This document shows, piece by piece, positions 14,289 through 26,362 of a DNA stretch of 64,000 nt. Position 1 is the stretch's first letter. Each line of letters begins with the position of its first letter. The translations under genes were made by a program, and so were the position numbers. The stretch is taken from positions 2,512,485 through 2,576,484 of the forward strand of contig NC_134027.1 in NCBI RefSeq assembly GCF_964204645.1. Reading direction: 5' to 3'. The notes beneath the pieces were generated by a model. It was not told where the DNA came from. It saw nothing but the letters and a program-made list of their open reading frames with translations, and searched no databases. Origin of the DNA: Tubulanus polymorphus (Eukaryota; Animalia; Nemertea).

Positions 14289-14335
14289 TCCCTGAGTATA
14301 ATACCTGAGCAAAATCATCACGAGCACTAACTTGT
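14289..14335 (-). promoter_or_regulatory. lin-4/miR-125 site cluster directly after the stop codon
   Basis: Plus strand TCCCTGAG (14289-14296, 8-mer), CCTGAG (14304-14309) and CTAACTTGT (14327-14335, equal to miR-125 nt 12-20). Confidence 0.7.
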
Positions 14336-16648
14336 CTAAAACAGATGCACGCGGTTATTACCGAAATCAACAACCGCGATCAGTCCGTCCGGCGTAACGC
14401 AGATACCCGACGGACGATCCAGTTGTCCGCTGCCGGGACCGTGATTTCCAAACCTGCACAAAAAGTTGCCGTTCGGATTAATTATCTGAATACGATAATT
14501 CCTCGAATCAGCGACGATGATATTACCTTCGTGATCGATAGCGACGCCCTGCGGTCGCATGAATTGAACGTTACCCGAACCCTCCGTGCCGAGAAAACGG
14601 GCTCCTTGGAAATCCGGTTGCAGAACCAACAATCGATGATTGTTAAAATCGGTAATAATCGCCTGGCCCGAATTATTAAAACAGACGCCTCTCGGAGAAT
14701 CAAAATGTCTCCACATCGGGCCTTCGAATCCGAATTTGTTTAGAAATTGACCGTCGGTCGTGAATAGTTGTACTCGATGATTGCGAGTATCGGATACGAG
14801 TATCTGACCCTCGCTGTTAGTCGCCACATCCCACGGATAGTTAAACTGTCCGTTTTTGTTGCCTTTCTCGCCGAATTTCGACAGAAAAATACCGTCAAAG
14901 TTGAATATCTGGATGCGATGGTTATCCTTATCGGCGACTATAATACGGTGTAAGTGGTCGATTTCGACTCCCGCAGGTCGATCGAATTGACCGTTACGCG
15001 AACCGGGCGTGCCGAATTTGCGCAGAAACACGCCTTCAGCGTTGAATATCTGCACGCGATTATTACTACGATCGGCGATTACTAAATGACCTTCTTTCGT
15101 GCAGGCGACGCCCCACGGACGACACAGCTTTCCGTCATCTTCTCCTTCGCCGCCGAACGTTAGAACTGGATTTAATCCGATGTTGCCGTAGTTTCGGCCG
15201 CAGCGAACGTTCACGCTGAACGGACTGTCGCAGATATGCTTGCCGCGGATCGTCACGGAAAGAACGTGTACGCCCTCGGTTTGAGGTCGATAGCTCACTC
15301 CGTACGTGCCATTTTGGCGATCGACGATTTCGGCGTGATAAAGGACTCCTTCGGGACTCTCGACTACCGCGCCGACCGGATCACCGCCGATCATACGATT
15401 GTCGCCCGTGTGATCTTTAGCGTGTACGATTATACAGGCGGCTTTGCCTTTCAGCGCCCTCTTTATGCCGTCGCCGGACGCGACCGAGAGCGGAGCGTAC
15501 GCGCTGCTCGATACAAAACCCATCTGACAAATAGCGACGTGTAACGCAGCGTCGGGAGGCGTGAATAAAATAAAATCATCTTCATGAGGTTGGAGGTAGT
15601 TTCGCAGATGACGAATGTTTTGCATTTCGGTTACGATTTTGTCTTGAGTTTTAAGTATTTCGACGTCGCTACCCGTATCGATAACAGTTTCACAATGTTC
15701 AACAGTTTGAGAGAGACTCGCTAGTCCCTGTTTTAACTCTTCCATTTGCAAATGAAGAGTTTTTCCTTTGGCCTGACGTATTTTCTCGACCTGTCGTAAC
15801 AAGTCGTGTTCCCTGGCTTCGAGAGCGGCCATGTGACGATGCGTTATCTGACGGATCTCGGACGCGACCCCCTGCGAACGCATCTCGACATGTTCAGCCG
15901 TTACCTGAGACAAAGATATGCTCTCCTCCAACGCTTTCATCCCTGATTTAGCGTCGGACAGAAGCTTCATCGTTATTGCCTTTGAATTCTCGACCGCGTC
16001 TTGTAAATAAATGAAGTTGTGTCGTTGATGAAGATTCATCGTACATTCCCTGCAGATCGGCTTCGTACACGTATCGCAGTACAGCCGTAAAACTTCAAAT
16101 TCGTGCATTTCGCAATAATTACACGGACGATCGATACCGTTATTGATGTTGAACTGGTGAAGATTATTCAAAGCGATTATCGAACTGTTGTGATTTCGCC
16201 CGTCGAATCGGATGATCTCATGATCCCGGGTCAGACGTACTCTTTGATGGGCGTGTACGCACTTATCGCATAAGTACTCCTTACAGTTGCGACATTGAGA
16301 GGTAGCTTTATTTCCGTCATCGCACGAGTTACAGCTCTGAATCGCCGTATCGTCGAGACCGTCGTCGTTATTACGCAACGGTTCGTATTCTTCTTCCTGA
16401 GTTACGACTACGTCCAAAATATTCGAGATAAACGAATTCGACGGTAAACTTTCCAAACCGTCGTCGCCTAACTGGACCTTGTGGCCGCACGTCGGACATC
16501 GTAAGATACTCTCACCACATAGTTCCCGAGTTAAACACGGCCTACAAAACGTATGCAGGCAAGGCAGAACTTTCGGATCATCTAACTGATCAAAACACAG
16601 CGGGCACGAGGGCTGGTGGTTTCCTATCGGAGTTGGATACGCCGCCAT
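14336..16648 (-). CDS. TRIM71: E3 ubiquitin ligase / RNA-binding TRIM-NHL protein LIN-41, single coding exon (likely start MAAYP at 16648; ORF open from 16678)
   Basis: RING (CPLC..CLHTFCRPC..CPTC), two B-boxes, coiled coil, filamin repeat and six NHL repeats. NHL signatures match TRIM71: GKLCRPWGV, GQFDRPAGV, GQFNYPWDVA, HFDSPRGV. Strong start context gagATGG. Confidence 0.93.
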   Translation of the reverse strand: MAAYPTPIGNHQPSCPLCFDQLDDPKVLPCLHTFCRPCLTRELCGESILRCPTCGHKVQLGDDGLESLPSNSFISNILDVVVTQEEEYEPLRNNDDGLDDTAIQSCNSCDDGNKATSQCRNCKEYLCDKCVHAHQRVRLTRDHEIIRFDGRNHNSSIIALNNLHQFNINNGIDRPCNYCEMHEFEVLRLYCDTCTKPICRECTMNLHQRHNFIYLQDAVENSKAITMKLLSDAKSGMKALEESISLSQVTAEHVEMRSQGVASEIRQITHRHMAALEAREHDLLRQVEKIRQAKGKTLHLQMEELKQGLASLSQTVEHCETVIDTGSDVEILKTQDKIVTEMQNIRHLRNYLQPHEDDFILFTPPDAALHVAICQMGFVSSSAYAPLSVASGDGIKRALKGKAACIIVHAKDHTGDNRMIGGDPVGAVVESPEGVLYHAEIVDRQNGTYGVSYRPQTEGVHVLSVTIRGKHICDSPFSVNVRCGRNYGNIGLNPVLTFGGEGEDDGKLCRPWGVACTKEGHLVIADRSNNRVQIFNAEGVFLRKFGTPGSRNGQFDRPAGVEIDHLHRIIVADKDNHRIQIFNFDGIFLSKFGEKGNKNGQFNYPWDVATNSEGQILVSDTRNHRVQLFTTDGQFLNKFGFEGPMWRHFDSPRGVCFNNSGQAIITDFNNHRLLVLQPDFQGARFLGTEGSGNVQFMRPQGVAIDHEGNIIVADSRNYRIQIINPNGNFLCRFGNHGPGSGQLDRPSGICVTPDGLIAVVDFGNNRVHLF

Positions 16649-16882
16649 CTCATCATTTAAACATGGACCACACTGCATCAGATAATCGGTTATTTACATT
16701 TATTAGAAGAACGGAATTACTCACAGCTGATTTATGTAACCCGCTGACTGTCACTGCTGACACTGTTGTTGTGGAGCTGCACTAGGATTGTCCACAACTT
16801 TTTGAACCATCGGAATTACACCACTGATTACAGGATACCTCACTCGTTTTAGCGCACCAATCCTAGGCAGTCATCTTATCTA

Positions 16883-16897
16883 TGAGGTAGATAGGTT
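16883..16897 (-). promoter_or_regulatory. Extended let-7 complementary site in the putative 5' leader of TRIM71
   Basis: Plus strand TGAGGTAG-A-TAGGTT equals let-7 nt 1-14 with one inserted base. Confidence 0.6.
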
Positions 16898-16980
16898 AAA
16901 ATGATATGAATCTCTCGCTTTTAGTCCATTACATCCATCGTTTGCGAGCGCTTCTCGTGAAAAATGCATCTTGTGAAAGG

Positions 16981-17030
16981 GGCGCCATCTTACTATAAAC
17001 ATGGGCGGAGTTTACTCGTTCAGCCAATCA
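16981..17030 (-). promoter_or_regulatory. Candidate TRIM71 core promoter
   Basis: YY1-type AAGATGGCGCC (minus, 16981-16991), GC box GGGCGGAG (17003-17010) and CCAAT box CAGCCAATCA (17021-17030) cluster within 50 bp. Confidence 0.6.
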
Positions 17031-18195
17031 CAACGCGCAGAAATGGCTCAGTAATTTTTATCAATCAACTCTACGTAGTATCGTCAACTGCCAACGCAGT
17101 TAATAGATGGCGGTATGATCTGCGATGCTGGTTCATGTAAAAGCCGATAGGTGGGGAATGCATCGTGGCTTCTCGCTTAACCTATTCTGCGTATCTGTCA
17201 AAATTTATAATTGATAGATTTTTTTAATTACGGACTATGATTTTCTAAATTACGGACCAACTCCAGTTATAGTCCGAGTCAACTCAAAAGAAATCAAGAC
17301 TTTTATTTTACGCCAAGAACCTCAGACTTGTGTCTGATGTACCACTAGGATCGTAGAGTGACGGAGATCACTGTGTGGGGGGAGGTTAACTTTTTCACAA
17401 ATAATAACAATAAAATCAACATTATTAGTTTAAAACATAACTATATATTTTTCCATGATAATTTAACATATGATCATGTGTATAATCAATTGAAAAAAAA
17501 AAGAATTTGTGCAAATGTGGCATTAATGACACCATATAAAAATAAACAGGCGAAAATCAAACTGACTATATTAATTGTAGCGACCAAATGTAGGAAGACA
17601 AATCATTTCATCCTTGTTCCCTTCGATTCAGAATTTCAGAAACGCTAAACAGAGATTCTAACTATTCTTTACAAGATATCATTAAAGTATCACAGTTCTA
17701 AACAGAATATCACTTGGCAAAGAATCTTCAATACTTTCCTTCAAATAAGAAACAAGAAAACGTTCTAGCTTACATAATACAACGGGTATCCTATGATGAT
17801 TTATAATGAAGGGACCACAATTTCAAGAAGATATGTTTGAATAATGGCAGCATACAGGAATAAATAAAAAAATAAAATGGGACATATCATTAATTATATA
17901 ACAATTATACATTGTTTGCAGATAAATATATATCAAGACTATGTGTGAAGGACTCACAATAAACTGAAAATTCGTCAGTAATTGGAAACTACAATGCAAG
18001 CTATCCGGCCAGATAACGTGATGAGTTCTCAGTCGAAAATTGTCAATAATCGATTTGTGAAAAAGTTCATTTGCTCAATTGAAATGAAGAATAAATTGAG
18101 CTTGGATGAATGAGTACAAACTACTATTAACACCTTGTAGATCCTTGCATGCCATAAGTGGAAACGTCCACAGCAGCGTTTGAGGTTCCCGATTA

Positions 18196-20932
<2,737 letters not shown>

Positions 20933-21149
20933 TTAAATGAATAGTAGATGATCAAACTTGGTCTGGGGAAAAAATATAGACCTCCAAATGAAATGGGCTG
21001 AATAAAATGAAATTGTATTAGATTGAATTTTGAAAGGCCCCGCAAAATGAACAGTACGAGTTTAAACTGTTGAATGCACCAGAAACTATTCATCTTATAT
21101 TCTATAGAACGCTTTAGATTTATCTCATGAATCAGTTTGATTGATAAAC

Positions 21150-21250
21150 TCACCTTTAAGCGGAAAATAGTGAAAAATTCCATTAAATGATCAAGCCGGA
21201 AGTCGATCGAACGGCCCACAATGCACCGTTAGGCTTGGGTTTGATTGAAA
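21150..21250. promoter_or_regulatory. Probable bidirectional promoter between CCDC102A-like and the zinc-finger gene
   Basis: ETS-type CCGGAAGT near 21195 between divergent genes; a minus-strand 5'-UTR donor AAG|GTGAGT lies near 21153. Confidence 0.45.
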
Positions 21251-21997
21251 AAAAGGTTTGAATTTCAGTCAGTTTTTACTCATTTTTCGTATTCAACAGG
21301 ATTGAATTATTGATTGTCTGTTTAAACCGGTTGATCGGAGGTATTTTTAGCGTGTCTATTTTTAATCAGATTCACGCGTTTTATTCAAACAGAACGAAAA
21401 CGACAAATACTGATAAATCAATCCAATTCAATCAACTTAATTGATTTAACATAGACCTAATGGGGAGTTGTTACTATGCAATAATTTCTAACCTAAGATT
21501 TTTGGAAGAAAATGAACATCAATTTTGAGAAGGTTTTTATAAAAAAAAGGCCTGTTGTGCTGTTTCCTTTTTTAAGTAGATTTTTATAAGAGCGAGGCTT
21601 AAAAAGGGCTAACGTTGAAGTGTTAGGCGTTTCCACCAGTTGAGTGGGTGTGAGCGCATCTATCTACTTACACTAGTCTAGTATCTAGCTGTTATTCCTC
21701 ACCGTAACAATGTCTGGTACCGGTATTCAGACCTCTACACACTCATCATCAGCCATCCTCCCTCCTCGTAGTCTTAGCAGGGATTTGAACCTGGCTGCTG
21801 ATTGCGTCGTTAGACTGTGTCGTGGCTTGAATCACCGTAGGCGTAAGGTACACACCTGTACACTTGGGCTAATCATACCACGCGTAGAGTCTCGCAGTGT
21901 CATCAGGTTCAAATCCTTCTTGGGACTGCTGTAAAAAGGAGATTGCGTAATACTTTCACGGTAATACTTTCAGGAGCGTGTGTAAGATATTATAGTC

Positions 21998-24900
21998 ATG
22001 GACGTGAGCACGTCAGAAGAAACAGTTATACTGATTGACAGTCAAGATTCACATCAGAATATTGAAGACAATTCTGGTAATACAGCAGTAGCAGCTGCAG
22101 CTACTGCAGGTACTGCTACTAGTGTTGAACAACCACAGTACGTAACGCTACAGTTAGAAGATGGAACTGAAACTCTAGGACAAGTTGTTCATGTATCTGA
22201 AGATGGTCAAGCAACTGTCACATTTGTACAAGAAATCAATGCCCCACCAGGTTAGTCACTTTTATACCTAACCCAGACTTTCTTTTATTCATTATTCACT
22301 CTCATCAATGAAAGCAGTATAATGATGATTTATTACTTTAAAAGGGCTTTACATTATGAATTCTCACAGCTCTACAAAATATAGAGAAGTATTTAAAAAC
22401 TATTCCTGAACTAATTAATCAATGAAAAGCTTCTCTGAATGAAAAATCTTTTAACTTTTCAAAGCTGGAAAGGAATCAATATTTTGTATTTGACTCGTTT
22501 TTGGTTCAGGGCTTTGATTTTAAGTAAAGCCCGATGGTTAGCACTACATATCCCTTGTAAACATAGCATTGATCATTCATTTATGGTTTACAAGATATGA
22601 AAATATTTATGCTAACTTTCATTTTTCATTTTCTGTGCAGGTGAGCTGAACATTTCACAGGAACAGCAACCAATCGCTGATACATCATTAAAAACCTTCG
22701 ATGAAAAGACGTCAACCCCGGTGTTGGATGTTTATCCACCATATAGTGTCGTTGAGCCGAAAGAAGTTAATTTTCCAGGTACCGCGCGACTATGAAATCA
22801 AATATTTGCTTGTTGTTTGTCTAATTTATTCGATTGTACAGTCGAATTCCAGTAAACCAACACTTCGAAAGAAAGACTAATTGAGACTCCCAACAAGATA
22901 GAAAGTAGAGCCAGCACAGCTCAAGCCAGTTTGAGCCATGACATAAAATTCAACAATAAGGAGGAAAATAATAATATAATATAATTTGATGTTTGGACTT
23001 AACTAATTCTAATAGTCACCTTCAGGAATGGACTGAAAATGATTTTTGATTGTAATCGTTAAGCTGATTGTTTTTTTAGAAGATGAGGAGGAAAACTTTG
23101 AAGGAAGTCCACTTCACAAGGTTCCGGAGAAACGTACCCCCGGCGGTGCTGTGATAATCAGAGCTGAGGATTTAGATTTGGATTCTAACGATGTCGGAAA
23201 TACTGATATAGACCAACATACAACCACTCAGATCGTCCGACAAGCAGTTAAAACTTACAGAGATGGCGATACGGTATGTAACCAATAAAATTGTGCTCTT
23301 CCAGATGTGGAATTATCTTTTTTCCCTTTCGATTGCTACGTTTGAAAATTGCATTATCTCTGAAACAGATATCTCCTATTGGGAGAAGAATGATTGGTCC
23401 ACCTGAAGAGAGCACAATCAAAAAGGGCCTTGTAGCTTAATGAATTGATTTCAAACTTTCAATGCACATTCAAGTCGTCGAAGCTAGGATGACCATTATA
23501 TTGACAAACTATCCAAAAGACGACTTAGTAAAATATATTGGAACTACAAATTGAGACTCAAAATAGTGACGATTAAAGTAGTTTGACGACTTATCCAATG
23601 GCGGCTTAAACAAAATCACTGTAGCGTTGCTCTATCGTTTGCAGGAATTTTCAAAAACGTATCTCAGAGATTATCAAAGTCTCATAAACTTAGTTCAGAA
23701 ATGTAAAGAACCACAATGTGGCTGTCATAAATATCACTGTCCGATGTGTGATGTCCAGCGATTTAAGCCAGCATTTATGCATAAACTAACAAGACATTTG
23801 AAAGTACATTGGGAAAATCGGATTAGCTATAAGGGTAAGTGGTATGTACCGCATGTATGCAATATGAGCATCTACATCTTCGTGGTTCAGAGTGATTGGA
23901 AAATGTGAAATATTGATGTCTGCTTAAAAATTGTGAAAACCTGTGAAATCATCAAAATGTGTAACAAAAATCTATGAAAAATGTCTGTAATAATATTTTT
24001 ACAGTTCATCAATCTGACATCTACATTACTAATGAACTCTTTTCGACAATTTTTTTGTTGAAATGTGAAATTTGTATTTGCAGATGGAGGTATTCTAAGA
24101 TGTTCCAGATCTTGTATCGAAGACCTACGAGGTGTGATCCACTACCACTGTCCCGAGTGTCCTCGACTATTCAAGAAACGCAAGAACATAGTCATCCATC
24201 TTGTGAGAGTGCACGAAGCTCCTCCATCTATTCTACGCAGTCAATCTCAGGATGAACCGACGAAGGTAATTCAATTGAAAGTCATTCATATCTGGATTTT
24301 TAACAGGCTAGCTGCTAGGCCCTGATCAATGTTCTCCATATGCCAGGATTTCAGAGGGGCTTCATTGATTCTGCTGAAGTAACTAAGCTTCTGGTCTCCC
24401 AAAAAATGTTAAAAATTATGCATAATTTTGGAAAGATCTGCTATTTTTGCAGTAACTCATCACTTACCGGTAAATTTGTTGAGTACATGTATTCAAAGAA
24501 TTTACATCAAATTTATATGTAGTAGAGGCATAGAAGATATTTAAAAGGTGGTGGCTGATTTTCAGAGAGGTGGCCGCCCCTTTAAAACCCCTTGTGGAGA
24601 ACATTGAGTTTGACACTTAGAATCAGAAAGTCTGTTACTGATAACAATAATATAACCAGTCGTCTGTAGAGTTTGATGTGGAGTGATTTGAAATTGTTTG
24701 AACTACTTGATATTCATTCATATTGCGTAATATTCATCTTAATTACAAAACGGCTGTTTATTTTATTTTGTTCTTGGTCATAGACAACGACGAAGTCACC
24801 TGCAGGAAACTCCACCGGATTGCTCTCTAACCCTATCAGTTTCGGGAATGAAAATGGTCGAGGAGGGAAATCGGCGAAAGTCAGCAGCGTTCCGTCGGCT

Positions 24901-25509
24901 AAAGTTGTGTCAAATCCAAAAATAGTTATTGGTGAGGACGGGATCGCGAGAATAGTGTCACTGGGATCATCTTCGAGTAACGCCATCGTTAAAAATCTCA
25001 ATACACTCGAGGCATCCGCGTCCGGTAGTTCAATTATTGAAAAGAAAGGTAGTTACCTTCTATTGCCGGTACCTAAAAAATCCGGCAATAGTAAACAACA
25101 ACTTACAAATCTCTCGGTACCACTGCACGGCGAATTCGGATTAGAAAGCGTCATCAGCAGTGAAGGAGATTTGTCATCGGAGACCGAACTTTCTTTACCG
25201 CGAAAACGTAAATTAAGCGAGAAAGATTCTTCTGATTTCGCGGCGAAGCTAATTTGTAAAGAATCGATGATTGATGAAGCCGAGGACTTGTTGAACGCGG
25301 TTTCAGACGAAAACAGCGGCGCCACCTTCGAGAATATCAAATCGAATATAAACGATATTTTAGCCGATTCGGGACTCGACGATATTACAACCGATATGTT
25401 GTACGACGCTATCGAGAAACCGATCAATACTTTAAACAAACGTATTCAGAGTTTAGAAAAGAATCTCAACATCGCCGTCGAACGTCTGAAAAAGATCGAA
25501 CATCAGTGA
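21998..25509 (+). CDS. Uncharacterised zinc-finger protein, isoform A (exons 21998-22250, 22641-22778, 23080-23273, 23645-23834, 24084-24265, 24784-25509)
   Basis: All six exons join in frame via GT-AG introns. Acidic low-complexity N-terminus, then a Cys/His module (CKEPQCGCHKYHCPMC..H..HW..CSRSC..HYHCPEC..H..H), then a C-terminal coiled coil. AATAAA near 25797 and 26018. Confidence 0.75.
24327..24606. mobile_element. MITE (hAT-like termini) in an intron
   Basis: Perfect 12-bp TIR caatgttctcca / tggagaacattg; no clear TSD. Confidence 0.55.
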
Positions 25510-26143
25510 AAGATTGATGATTTATAACAGTCAAACTGCGCTGACTCATCATTGGATAAGTGGTCACATTGAGTCCTAATTTGTATTTGCAATTCATTTT
25601 CAAATGTCGTGTTAGTTATCAACGCGACTATCGTCCCAGCTATGACTGTATAGTCAAACTCAAGCCCTCAAGTAAGTCATGTAATTGTGACAACTTACCC
25701 TATGACTAAAGCAAGTTTGACCATATATTATGTGTAATTGTTGATTTGTTATAATTGTATATATATATATATATATTAATTACATCATTATGTTCAAATA
25801 AACTTTTAGATGCGATGTCGATATTTTACAGTTGGTTTGTAAATAGTTCATTATCTCAGCTCTAAGATACCAGTTTAGACATCGACCAATTTAAATATTT
25901 GGAAGGGGTTTGTTCATTTTTGGTAAACGAATCAATCTTCTATTTGTAACTTGCTTTTATATTAGATATCGCCGACATCATGAATTTGTTTTCACACATC
26001 ATCTCAGTGCATTTATAAATAAAACGATTATTGTATTAAAATAGTACTCAATTTATCTCTCATTTAATTGTCGATTGTGGTGCTTGTGGATGCTTTTTCA
26101 AGATAAAATCCATTCCTCAAAATTGTAGCCTGTTAAGATCCAG

Positions 26144-26281
26144 GGGCCAGTTGCATAGTCATGGCTTAGACTTAAGACCAGTCTAAGACCAACTTAGTTC
26201 TATAGCTAATCTAACAACTTAAGACCAGTCTTAAGATTTAAGACCACTTTTGGACTTAAGTCATGACTATGCAACTGGCCC
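26144..26281. mobile_element. PIF/Harbinger-type MITE
   Basis: 20-bp perfect TIR gggccagttgcatagtcatg / catgactatgcaactggccc flanked by CAG on both sides (3-bp TSD); internal ttaagacca repeats. Confidence 0.85.
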
Positions 26282-26362
26282 CAGATACTATACATATTTC
26301 CAAATGTGAACATGTGAAGTTCATGAACCGCGGTATCTATTTTATCATTTGTTTACTTGTAG

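Larger units (their letters stand above)
8015..14335 (-). other. Putative long 3' UTR of lin-41/TRIM71
   Basis: No credible coding exons; U-rich on the minus strand; contains let-7 and miR-125 seed matches. I found canonical AAUAAA (minus) only distally, near 9547, 9442, 8913 and 8033. The end position is inferred. Confidence 0.55.

Noticed and set aside
14345-15544. Plus-strand ORFs overlapping TRIM71 (132, 61 and 102 aa), and similar ORFs over CCDC102A exon 1, the C2H2 exon and the GPCR
   Set aside because: Antisense or alternate-frame shadows of GC-richer coding sequence with no recognisable motifs.
16751-16810. uORF in frame with TRIM71 as a readthrough N-terminal extension
   Set aside because: A second in-frame TGA follows ten codons later, so readthrough would not reach the main ORF.
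14277-16903. The 14-bp inverted repeat read as transposon TIRs capturing TRIM71
   Set aside because: No flanking target-site duplication is evident, the promoter motifs and UTR continue outside the repeat, and the gene sits in an apparently ancestral neighbourhood.
16883-16937. A let-7-like pre-miRNA on the plus strand, antisense to lin-41
   Set aside because: Only a weak AU/GU-rich hairpin with several mismatches can be drawn, and the sequence departs from let-7 after nt 14. A target site on the minus strand is the simpler reading; small-RNA reads would settle it.
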